From Candidatus Saccharimonadota bacterium (GTDB lineage Bacteria > Patescibacteriota > Patescibacteriia > 2-12-FULL-60-25): 32,000 nucleotides of DNA. Position 1 is the first letter of the stretch. Each line of letters begins with the position of its first letter. This document shows positions 15,963 to 23,375 of the stretch, in pieces. Location: positions 1,050,001 through 1,082,000 of the forward strand of contig OY970357.1 of the NCBI GenBank assembly GCA_963718585.1. Reading direction: 5' to 3'. A program made the position numbers and the translations under genes. The notes under the pieces are model-generated. The model ran no database searches, had not been told where the DNA came from, and worked only from the letters and a program-made list of their open reading frames with translations.

Positions 15963-16523
15963 ATGGCATCCCCAAGCGAGATCAAAAAAGGCGTCGTCAT
16001 CTTTCAGAACGGCGATCCCTGGGTCGTGACCGAATTCCAGCACGTGAACCCGGGCAAAGGTGCGGCCTTCGTGCGGACGCGTATCAAGAATGCGAAGACC
16101 GGCAAAACGCTGGAAGCGACATATAAGATGTCCGAAACGATCGACCTCGTCGAACTCGAGCATCGGAACATGCAGTATCTATTCCATGACGCGACCGGGT
16201 ATACGTTCATGGACACGAAGACGTATGAACAGGTGACCATGCCGGATAGTGAGGTCGGGGATCAGGCGAAATATCTCATGGAAAGTCTTGAACTCATGGT
16301 CGACTTGTATGAGGGGAAGCCCATCGCCTTGCAGCTTCCGCGGAAGATGACCTTCAAGATCACGGAGACCATGCCAGCGGTCAAAGGCGACACGGCGAGC
16401 GGCAATGTCACGAAGGAGGCGAAAGTGGATGCCGGCTTCATCGTGCATGTCCCGATCTTCGTGAAAGAAGGCGACAATGTCGTCGTGAATACGGACACGG
16501 GCGACTATGTAGAGCGCGCCTAG
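15963..16523 (+). CDS. efp: translation elongation factor P
   Basis: ORF trimmed to ATG 15963 (186 aa). MASPSEIKKGVVIFQNGDPWVVTEFQHVNPGKGAAFVRTRIKNAKTGK shows the modified-loop lysine (PGKG) conserved. Confidence 0.93.
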   Translation: MASPSEIKKGVVIFQNGDPWVVTEFQHVNPGKGAAFVRTRIKNAKTGKTLEATYKMSETIDLVELEHRNMQYLFHDATGYTFMDTKTYEQVTMPDSEVGDQAKYLMESLELMVDLYEGKPIALQLPRKMTFKITETMPAVKGDTASGNVTKEAKVDAGFIVHVPIFVKEGDNVVVNTDTGDYVERA

Positions 16524-16613
16524 CGCGGACCTTGGGACCCTGCCCTGAGCGGACGTAGTGAGTCGAAGGGTGGAGCGCGCATAGCGTATAAATTCTTTCG
16601 GTTGGATCGCAGA

Positions 16614-16632
16614 GGAGCGGCGCAGCCGCTCC
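16614..16632 (+). terminator. GC hairpin after efp (no clear T-tract)
   Basis: GGAGCGGCgcaGCCGCTCC sits immediately before the next -35 box. Confidence 0.4.
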
Positions 16633-16661
16633 TTGACGTAAGGGTCGATCCGTGATTGGAT
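16633..16661 (+). promoter_or_regulatory. candidate promoter of the 262-aa gene
   Basis: TTGACG (16633-16638), 17 nt, then TTGGAT (16656-16661). Confidence 0.4.
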
Positions 16662-16708
16662 CGAACATCGTCCATTCGGCGATGCGTTCTTTTAACCAAG
16701 GAGTAAAC

Positions 16709-17497
16709 ATGGCTCTAGAGATCTCGCTGACGGCGCAAGAGCTGGAAGCACTCGTCCTCGCATACTTCCACGACATTGAGGCGAAGACGAAACGGGAGAC
16801 CGGCCTTTTTCTCGCATCCATCGGTGAGACATCTGTAGAGGAAGAGGATCTTCCACCGAACGTTTACCTGAGGGATGCGACCAATCGCCTGGAAGCTCGG
16901 CGGGTCGCTGCGTTCATCCTGACAGGTGTCCGGCCTGTCGAACCCTATACCAAGGATCCAGGGTTCGCCGCGCTGCTCCCGACCTTCCTGAAAGAGGTCG
17001 AAAAGATCGAGGGGCGTCCGTTGTCAGAAGAGGACTGCGAAGCGATCGCGAAAACGAGGACGGAATCGCATACGGGGTTGTTGTCCCTATGCGACGCCGC
17101 ATATCCGTTCGCTGAAGGTCGGTATGAAATGTACCGGCGGTGGGTATCGACGGTCTGCGAGGTCGCAACGCAACGCGGCATCCGTCCCCTCGATGTGGTC
17201 GTCACAAGAGAGCTTCAGGATGAGACCGTACGGCGCCTGTGGAGCAAGGAGGTGTACCTGCGTAACGGTGAGGCCATGCTGATGAGACTCTACGGTGATG
17301 ATGTCTTTGTCGAGAATGTTTTGGCGCAAGTCCGGCCCCTTTTTGACTTCGAAGATCTCGATGAAGAAGCGCGCCACCAGGCCGAAGCGGAGGTGCTCGA
17401 AGAGGTCGGCAAACCCTTGCGCGAACGAGGCGCCAAGGCGCGTGCGTTCTACCTGGATCATCTTCGGAAGGAGGCTGACCGTATCTACGGAGCCTGA
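16709..17497 (+). CDS. hypothetical protein (262 aa)
   Basis: ORF trimmed to ATG 16709, with AAGGAG 7 nt upstream. The protein is acidic and predicted helical (MALEISLTAQELEALVLAYFHDIEAK...). No recognisable motif. It is flanked by its own promoter and terminator. Confidence 0.65.
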   Translation: MALEISLTAQELEALVLAYFHDIEAKTKRETGLFLASIGETSVEEEDLPPNVYLRDATNRLEARRVAAFILTGVRPVEPYTKDPGFAALLPTFLKEVEKIEGRPLSEEDCEAIAKTRTESHTGLLSLCDAAYPFAEGRYEMYRRWVSTVCEVATQRGIRPLDVVVTRELQDETVRRLWSKEVYLRNGEAMLMRLYGDDVFVENVLAQVRPLFDFEDLDEEARHQAEAEVLEEVGKPLRERGAKARAFYLDHLRKEADRIYGA

Positions 17498-17514
17498 ACA
17501 GTGGTTCCGTTCTT

Positions 17515-17564
17515 CCTCCCGTACATCCGGACTCGCGGATCCCTGCGGGAGGTTTTTTTCTTTT
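17515..17564 (+). terminator. intrinsic terminator
   Basis: CCTCCCG...(inner ATCCGgactcgCGGAT)...CGGGAGG followed by tttttttctttt. Confidence 0.75.
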
Positions 17565-17644
17565 GGCGCATTGCCCTTCAAACGCACGAAGTTCCTATCA
17601 GGAATGAAAGACATCCTCCGTACGGAGGGTGTGCGTCTCAAGGG

Positions 17645-17673
17645 TTGACGGGTCGCCGGCGCTTCTCTAGGAT
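17645..17673 (+). promoter_or_regulatory. promoter of the aldolase / heme-oxygenase-like operon
   Basis: TTGACG (17645-17650), 17 nt, then TAGGAT (17668-17673). GAGAGGAG lies before ATG 17709. Confidence 0.5.
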
Positions 17674-17708
17674 GCCGCGGTACGTTGTTCTTTTGAGAGG
17701 AGTATTCC

Positions 17709-18605
17709 ATGAGGTCAGGCACTGCAAGAGGCATCATCGTTCCGACGATCACGGTCTTCAAGGAAGATACGGAACAAAGCATCGACGAACACGCGACGGC
17801 AGAACATATCGATTGGCTCATCCGGAACGGCGTGGATGCCATCATCCCCGCTGGGAGCTCCGGAGAGTTCCCCTCGCTCACCACGGAGGAATCGAAGCGG
17901 CTGTTCCATTTGGCCGTCAACGTGGCTGCGAGGCGCGTGCCGGTCTATCCGGCGACGTGCCGCTACGCGACGCGCGACGTGCTCGAGCTCGTGAGAGCTG
18001 CGGAGGGGATCCATGCAGATGGCGTGATGGTCATCACGCCGTACTACATGATGCCCGGACGTACGGAGGTCATGGAGCATTTCCGCGAGGTCCGAGGTCA
18101 CACGGAGCTCCCGATCATCCTCTACAACAATCCGGCGACCACGGGCGTGGAGGTCTCGCACGACGATATCGTCACCCTCATCGATGAAGGTGTCGTGGAT
18201 GCCGTCAAATCGTCACAAGGTGAGATCGACCCGACGCTCAAGCTCAAGTCCGCACGGCCGGACATCCGTTCATACTACGGTCATGACGTCGCCGCGGACC
18301 GTGCGCTTCGTCACGGCGCCGACGGGTGGGTGTCGCTGTTCCCGAATGTGTTCCCGCAGCTCGCGAAATGCCTTCAGGTCGAAGCCGTGGACAAAGCGGG
18401 GATGATGGGGGAGCTTCTGCTGCCCTGTATCCAGTTCGTCTGGGGCGGAAGCGCGCATCCGGTCGCCATCGTGAAGGCCGCGCTCGAGATCCAGGGACGG
18501 AAGGCCGGCCGGCCACGCCGACCGCTGCAGGGTCTTTCGAAGGACGCGTATGCGAAGTTGGAGACCTTGATCCAGGAGCTCATGTCGAAGGCAGGTGACG
18601 CATGA
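17709..18605 (+). CDS. DapA/NAL-family class I aldolase (dihydrodipicolinate synthase family)
   Basis: GIIVPTITVF..., AGSSGEFPSLTTEE (the GTTGE equivalent), VMVITPYYM, PIILYNNPATTG, and VDAVKSSQGE with the Schiff-base Lys context. Substrate specificity cannot be assigned. Confidence 0.82.
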   Translation: MRSGTARGIIVPTITVFKEDTEQSIDEHATAEHIDWLIRNGVDAIIPAGSSGEFPSLTTEESKRLFHLAVNVAARRVPVYPATCRYATRDVLELVRAAEGIHADGVMVITPYYMMPGRTEVMEHFREVRGHTELPIILYNNPATTGVEVSHDDIVTLIDEGVVDAVKSSQGEIDPTLKLKSARPDIRSYYGHDVAADRALRHGADGWVSLFPNVFPQLAKCLQVEAVDKAGMMGELLLPCIQFVWGGSAHPVAIVKAALEIQGRKAGRPRRPLQGLSKDAYAKLETLIQELMSKAGDA

Positions 18606-19264
18606 CCCGCGATGAAGAGATGGCACAGCACTTGAGGCCGTACCGCATGCTGGACAACCCACGGATGCAGAGGGTCCGGCGTGAAGGGATGGGCTTCCCC
18701 GCGGGGCGCGAGATCGCGCGGACCTACGGTCCGTGCAACGCGGTCTCGCTCCAGATCATGGCAGCGAGCGCATCCCGGCTGGAAGACCCATCCCTCATTC
18801 GCGTCATGGTGCTCAATATGTACGACGAGCTCGGCGGGGAGGATCCGGAGCAGTCCCACATCAAGATGTTCGAGCGGTTCATGCGGGCCGTCGACGTCGA
18901 TCCGGACAACTGTCCGGTCGTGCCGGGGGGTCGTGTCGATACGTACCGCAATGCGTTCCTCGCCGTGCGGGACGAGCCGTCCGAGTACGAGGCGTGCGGG
19001 TTCATGCACGGTTTCGAAGCCGTGTTCCCGTACATCTGTCGAGGGGTCTACGAAGGGCTCATGAAGAGCAAGCTCGTGACCCCAGAGGCTGCGTACTTCT
19101 TCGACTACCACGCGACGGGTGACATGTACCATAGCTCGGAGATCCTGGAGGTCATGAAGCGCGGCGCGGACACGCCGGAGAAGTGGGATGCCTGCATCCG
19201 ACGCTCGAAGCACAGTGCATCGCTCATCTACCGCCTGTTCGACGAGATCCTTTCGTCGATCTGA
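18602..19264 (+). CDS. heme-oxygenase-like fold, iron-containing redox enzyme family protein (PqqC/CADD/HDO-like, 220 aa)
   Basis: MYDELGGEDPEQSHIKMFERFMRAV matches the E..G....H..(M/L)F signature of the PF14518-type family. Further carboxylate/His candidates are GFEAVFPY and FDYHATGDMYHSSE. The start overlaps the aldolase stop (ATGA). Confidence 0.6.
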   Translation: MTRDEEMAQHLRPYRMLDNPRMQRVRREGMGFPAGREIARTYGPCNAVSLQIMAASASRLEDPSLIRVMVLNMYDELGGEDPEQSHIKMFERFMRAVDVDPDNCPVVPGGRVDTYRNAFLAVRDEPSEYEACGFMHGFEAVFPYICRGVYEGLMKSKLVTPEAAYFFDYHATGDMYHSSEILEVMKRGADTPEKWDACIRRSKHSASLIYRLFDEILSSI

Positions 19265-19275
19265 ACTCTCGATCT

Positions 19276-19306
19276 CCCTCGCCGGATCCGGCGGGGGATT
19301 TTTTTA
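19276..19306 (+). terminator. intrinsic terminator
   Basis: CCCTCGCCGGatCCGGCGGGGG followed by attttttta. Confidence 0.75.
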
Positions 19307-19366
19307 TTAGCCCCACGCGTTTTTTAGGTGGTCGGCTCCGTTTTGGTGATACTGTCGTCCGTGTCG

Positions 19367-19395
19367 TTGACGGCCGCGTCGATCTTCTGTAGTTT
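19367..19395 (+). promoter_or_regulatory. promoter of the kinase-like gene (near-leaderless)
   Basis: TTGACG (19367-19372), 17 nt, then TAGTTT (19390-19395). The ATG lies 9 nt later with no SD. Confidence 0.5.
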
Positions 19396-19404
19396 TCTTC
19401 CGTC

Positions 19405-20454
19405 ATGCATGTGAATCACGTTCTTTCCCATTACAACTCACATCAGCCATTTGGCGATGATCAGATCCGAAGCGCGATCGACGAGATCTGCCAAAAGACC
19501 GGCTTCGTCCCTGCGGGGGAGGCTGGTCGGCGGATGTTGTACGATATGGACAAGACCTGGCGCGTCCGGATCCACGGCGCCTACGACGGGATGCCTGCCT
19601 TGCTCAGGATCGAGAACCTCAAGCTCGAGACCGATGAAGAGCGGGTACGCGCCGCGTTCCGTGCGCAGTCGGGCGGGATGATCCGTCCGCCGGTGACGTT
19701 CGTCTCCGCACCGTTCGATAACGCGGTCGGCTACGCTTGGTCGATCGACGAGGCGGTCGGGGATCAGATCCTCTTCGATCCCACCGGTGATCCAGCGGAA
19801 GGCGCGCGGGCGTTCTTGAAGTTCTACGTCACGCTGCGACGTGCGGTCCGGAAGCCGTTCCTCGATCATCCCCAAGTGGATGACGCGGCGGCATTCGGTG
19901 CTGAGCAGGCGAAGAAATGGACGGAGATCGCTCAGCAGCGGGATCCGGATGTCATGTCGCGTCATGTGGTCTTGCTTGATCGACTCCGAGACCGGTTCAT
20001 CGTACCGATGCGTCGCAAGAAGTTGGTCTTCTGCCATGCGCATCTTTCCGGTTGGGACGTGCGTATCGGACCCGGGGGGAGCTACGTCGTCTTTGCAAAC
20101 CATTTCTGGTCGTGGCGCCAACCGGGGTATGACATCGCATTCCCGATCTGGGGGATGTGGATGGCACTTCCGCCTGAGCAGCAGACGCCAGAAGACGTCC
20201 GCGCGATCACGGATGTCTGGCTCCAGTGTCTGTTCCCGCAGCCGCCCGAGGGTGTGGATCTCGATGAACGGCATCCAGTCCCGTTGGATGGGATCCGTCA
20301 TTGGGTCGCGCCGGAAGATCTTCGGACCATGCTCCTCAATCGATGTTTTGGTTCGCTCATTCTCGATCTCCCCGCGAAACGTGGACAGGAGACTCACGTC
20401 GATAGGCTCGAAGCGGCCGTCGTTGCGGAAGCAGAACGTCTCCTGGCAATGTGA
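19405..20454 (+). CDS. aminoglycoside-phosphotransferase-fold (kinase-like) protein with atypical catalytic-loop residues
   Basis: The layout matches the APH/ChoK fold. LVFCHAHLSGWDVRI sits where HGDLHxxN is expected. FANHFWSWRQPGYDIAF sits where the D-x-(E/D)...YD(L/I)A segment is expected. Confidence 0.5.
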   Translation: MHVNHVLSHYNSHQPFGDDQIRSAIDEICQKTGFVPAGEAGRRMLYDMDKTWRVRIHGAYDGMPALLRIENLKLETDEERVRAAFRAQSGGMIRPPVTFVSAPFDNAVGYAWSIDEAVGDQILFDPTGDPAEGARAFLKFYVTLRRAVRKPFLDHPQVDDAAAFGAEQAKKWTEIAQQRDPDVMSRHVVLLDRLRDRFIVPMRRKKLVFCHAHLSGWDVRIGPGGSYVVFANHFWSWRQPGYDIAFPIWGMWMALPPEQQTPEDVRAITDVWLQCLFPQPPEGVDLDERHPVPLDGIRHWVAPEDLRTMLLNRCFGSLILDLPAKRGQETHVDRLEAAVVAEAERLLAM

Positions 20455-20463
20455 GTTCTACAC

Positions 20464-20492
20464 AAAGCCCCGGTACGCACCGGGGCTTTTTC
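20464..20492. terminator. bidirectional intrinsic terminator
   Basis: AAAGCCCCGGTacgcACCGGGGCTTT with A/T runs on both sides, between convergent genes. Confidence 0.8.
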
Positions 20493-20523
20493 ATAGCTAC
20501 TCCCTACGTCCGATATCCTTCCC

Positions 20524-21921
20524 TTAGGGCGTGACCGTGATCGTGTTCGATGGTTCGTATTTGCCACCGACCTTGGTGAAGGCGGTCACGCTCCCAGGAA
20601 CGTTGATCTGCAGGGTGATCGAACAGCTCGCTGTCGTGCAGAAGGCGAGCGTTGCATCATCCATCGATGTTCCGTCCTTGATCTGCGTCTGACCGATCGT
20701 CTCTCCGGTGGGGGCGGTGACGGTGATCTCGATCCGACCAGCCGCTGGATGTCCGGTCACCGCGATCGTCGGATGCGGAGCTTCTCCGCCCGTCGTCGCT
20801 AACGTGACGGTCGGGGAGACGAACGTCTGTCCTCCGATCATCACGCTCGAATAGAGGTTCGTGGTGCGATAGAAGGGCGTGGATCCCGCGCACTGACTCG
20901 TTGCACCGCAATCGCTCCATAGCTCCGGTGTGGTTTCGCCGGGGATGAGCGCGTAGATCTTGTGGCTTTGCACGACGTCGGTTCCGGTATAGATGGAGTT
21001 AAAGCTCGCACGGCTGCCGACCGTGACGGATTGTGGCGAGACGGACATTTGGATATTGGCGGATGCCCCTGCCACATTCAGGGTCGGTCGCTGTGCGGTC
21101 GGGACCTCGAAGCGTGCTCCGGCCGAATCGTACGCGATGGCAGAGTAGGTTTCGGTCATCGGTGCGGTCGTGACAAAGAGCTGTGTACTGCAGGTGGTGG
21201 TATTCACGCAGGTCATGATGGGTGTCGGATCAGACGCGGTATGGATCTCGATCTTCGTGATCGGAAGGGTGCTGTTCGAGACCATGGCGTTGACTTGGAC
21301 GGTCTGGTTCTGGACCGCATGTGAGGCACTCAGGTCGACGCTGACCATCGCAGGATTTGTTGCAGGTCCGGTCGAGACGACGGGCGCAGACGGTGGTTGA
21401 TAGCCGGCGGCGCGGATGTTGGCCCCAGGGGATGCGACAGTTGATTCTGCGTTCACGACGTATTGGGAAGCGTCGTCTATCTCATAGCCGATGACGTAGT
21501 TCACGAAGAACGCATCTGGGACATCAACGATCTTCGTATTCCAATCCGTGCCATAAAGCTGGGCGGCGATCGCCTCGCTGGTGACCCAGTGGAGCACGCC
21601 ATACCGAGAGACGGCATAGACGCGTGGGTCGGTCGTGATCTTCACAAGCTTTGCGCCGGGCCTCATGGTCACGTTCCCGCCAAGCGGGATCGCCGCGAGT
21701 TGGCTGTCCGTCAGTTGGGCGACGCTGGAATAATCGGGATACCAGCTCTTATAGATGGATTCGGTCGTGAAGACGTACCGTTTGCCGTTGTCGCCGTTGT
21801 AGTACACGGCCGGACCACTGCCCTTGATGAGGTAATTTGTCTGTGCATGCGCGGCGGGTGCGGTGAGCGTGAGCAGGCCGATCAGCGCCGTCAGGGTCGT
21901 GAGGATGCGGGAACGTGTCAT
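20524..21921 (-). CDS. secreted protein with N-terminal globular domain and Ig-like beta-rich repeats (465 aa)
   Basis: Signal peptide MTRSRILTTLTALIGLLTLTAPAAHA. The remainder is rich in T/S/V/A with alternating beta-strand patterning. No enzymatic motif. Confidence 0.75.
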   Translation of the reverse strand: MTRSRILTTLTALIGLLTLTAPAAHAQTNYLIKGSGPAVYYNGDNGKRYVFTTESIYKSWYPDYSSVAQLTDSQLAAIPLGGNVTMRPGAKLVKITTDPRVYAVSRYGVLHWVTSEAIAAQLYGTDWNTKIVDVPDAFFVNYVIGYEIDDASQYVVNAESTVASPGANIRAAGYQPPSAPVVSTGPATNPAMVSVDLSASHAVQNQTVQVNAMVSNSTLPITKIEIHTASDPTPIMTCVNTTTCSTQLFVTTAPMTETYSAIAYDSAGARFEVPTAQRPTLNVAGASANIQMSVSPQSVTVGSRASFNSIYTGTDVVQSHKIYALIPGETTPELWSDCGATSQCAGSTPFYRTTNLYSSVMIGGQTFVSPTVTLATTGGEAPHPTIAVTGHPAAGRIEITVTAPTGETIGQTQIKDGTSMDDATLAFCTTASCSITLQINVPGSVTAFTKVGGKYEPSNTITVTP

Positions 21922-21940
21922 ATGCCGACAGCATACACCA

Positions 21941-21971
21941 AAAGCCCCTCCAGACGGAGGGGTGTTTTGTT
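21941..21971. terminator. bidirectional hairpin downstream of tRNA-Leu
   Basis: aaaag-CCCCTCCagacGGAGGGG-tgttttgtt. On the minus strand it follows the tRNA 3' end and is followed by cttttgg. Confidence 0.6.
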
Positions 21972-21983
21972 CGACCAGATGGG

Positions 21984-22067
21984 TGGGCAGGGAGAGACTC
22001 GAACTCTCAAACCCTTGCGGGCGCTGGCTCCTAAGGCCAGTGCGTCTACCAGTTTCGCCACCTGCCC
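21984..22067 (-). tRNA. tRNA-Leu (anticodon UAG), long variable arm
   Basis: The reverse complement is GGGCAGGTGGCGAAACTGGTAGACGCACTGGCCTTAGGAGCCAGCGCCCGCAAGGGTTTGAGAGTTCGAGTCTCTCCCTGCCCA. Acceptor stem GGGCAGG/CCTGCCC. Anticodon stem CTGGC/GCCAG with loop CTTAGGA. T-arm GAGAG-TTCGAGT-CTCTC. CCA is not cleanly encoded (ACCCA). Confidence 0.9.
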
Positions 22068-22207
22068 ACCGATCGGGTCGACCGCGTGGAGCGTATCGGA
22101 AAATGTCGAGAATGAAAATGCCCCCTTTCAGCGAGTGTGGAGGAGTACGTGGGTGTAGCTCTTCAGAATGCGACCTCCTGGAGAGACGTGTGGGTGCCCT
22201 CGAATGC

Positions 22208-22236
22208 TTGACAAAAACGTCATTTTCTGGCAGGAT
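22208..22236 (+). promoter_or_regulatory. sirtuin gene promoter
   Basis: TTGACA (22208-22213), 17 nt, then CAGGAT (22231-22236). Confidence 0.45.
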
Positions 22237-22277
22237 GACCCCTCGTCCTTTAGCAACAAGAGAGGAAGGAGAGATAC

Positions 22278-23033
22278 GTGAATCCGATAGAGATCCGGAC
22301 CGAAGACCTGAATCAGGAGGCGTCCCCGCTCATCGCGGTGAAGCAACTGCTATTCGGCGATCTGCCGACGCTCGTCATCACGGGGGCCGGCATTTCTGCG
22401 GAAAGCGGCGTGCCGACCTTTCGCGGCGCGGGGGAACGCTGGCGCAACAAACATTTCAGCGAACTTGCGAGTCCCGAGGCATTCGCTAAGGACCCGCGGG
22501 AGATCTGGGACTGGTATCTGTATCGTCGCGTGCTCGTCGCAGCCTGCAAACCGAACGGTGCACATCAGGCGCTAGCCGATTGGGCAAAGCGGCGTCCCGG
22601 AGCGGCCCTTGTCACGCAGAACGTCGACGGCCTGCACGAGCGTGCCGGTCATCCGGACGTGATCCGTTTTCATGGGTCGCTCTGGAAGAACCGATGTACC
22701 GCATGCGGGGCCGAGCGTGATGACGATGCGCTGTCCTACGACGACCTCCCCCATTCACCGTGTTGCGACGCACTCGAGCGTCCTGCGATCGTGTGGTTCG
22801 GGGAGACGATCTCGAGCGAGACGATCTCGAGTGCCGCTCTTGCGGTCATGCGTGCCAAGCTCGTCCTGGTCATCGGGACCAGCGGGGTGGTCTGGCCTGC
22901 TGCGGGTCTCATCGAAATGGCGCAGGACCATTCTGCGCTGGTCATCGACGTCAATCCCGACGATCCCTGCATCCGAGCAGACATCTCGATCCGACTTCCG
23001 GCCGGTGTTGCCGTCCCGGCCATCCTTTCTTGA
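22278..23033 (+). CDS. cobB: NAD-dependent protein deacylase, Sir2 family
   Basis: GTG start with GGAAGGAGAG upstream. Motifs are VITGAGISAESGVPTFRG, QNVDGLHERAG, HGSLW, the Zn ribbon CTACG...PCCDALERP, VWFGE and VIGTSGVV. Confidence 0.9.
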   Translation: MNPIEIRTEDLNQEASPLIAVKQLLFGDLPTLVITGAGISAESGVPTFRGAGERWRNKHFSELASPEAFAKDPREIWDWYLYRRVLVAACKPNGAHQALADWAKRRPGAALVTQNVDGLHERAGHPDVIRFHGSLWKNRCTACGAERDDDALSYDDLPHSPCCDALERPAIVWFGETISSETISSAALAVMRAKLVLVIGTSGVVWPAAGLIEMAQDHSALVIDVNPDDPCIRADISIRLPAGVAVPAILS

Positions 23034-23042
23034 ACGTATCTC

Positions 23043-23069
23043 AAATGCCCCCGTTGATCGGGGGCATTT
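23043..23069. terminator. bidirectional intrinsic terminator
   Basis: AAATGCCCCCGttgatCGGGGGCATTT between convergent genes. Confidence 0.8.
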
Positions 23070-23375
23070 TCATTTCGTGGATCTCAGTTGTTCGATCCGT
23101 TCCTTCCATTGCGGAACGGCCGGATGATCCGGGTACAGCACGATCAATCCTTCATACGCCTTGATCCCCATCTCTGGATCCCGATCGGCAAAGGATGCAG
23201 CCTGACGCTCTGCCAGTTCCACTTCGGAGGCGGCGATGCGTTCCACGTCTTCCTGCGCGGCTTCCGGCGTCGTGTTCCATCCGACGTTGTGAAAACGCGC
23301 GTCGCCGATGTCCTTGCCGTTCGGATCATGTTCACGGCCTTCCATGGCGGGTTCTTTTTTTGGTGTCTCGTTCAT
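23070..23375 (-). CDS. hypothetical protein (101 aa), last gene of the four-gene operon
   Basis: The start overlaps the stop of the 576-aa gene (ATGA). The C-terminal helix pair GIKAYEGLIVLYPDHPAVPQWKERIEQL looks TPR-like. Confidence 0.6.
   Translation of the reverse strand: MNETPKKEPAMEGREHDPNGKDIGDARFHNVGWNTTPEAAQEDVERIAASEVELAERQAASFADRDPEMGIKAYEGLIVLYPDHPAVPQWKERIEQLRSTK

Noticed and set aside
15633-16163. 176-aa minus-strand ORF
   Set aside because: It overlaps the efp N-terminus, the efp promoter and the terminator of the 142-aa gene. No supporting signals.
16524-16613. Sequence GAGCGGACGTAGTGAGTCGAAGGGTGGAGCGCGC after efp as a further member of the structured repeat family
   Set aside because: It lacks the CGTAC-N6-GTACGCC core and does not align with copies A to C. 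It occurs only once in the window.
17087-17920. 277-aa minus-strand ORF
   Set aside because: It spans a terminator, a promoter and parts of two well-supported plus-strand genes. No motifs.
18374-20397. Minus-strand ORFs 18374..19213 (279 aa) and 19438..20397 (319 aa)
   Set aside because: They are antisense shadows of the heme-oxygenase-like and kinase-like genes. Both are Arg/His/Asp-rich and lack an RBS or promoter.
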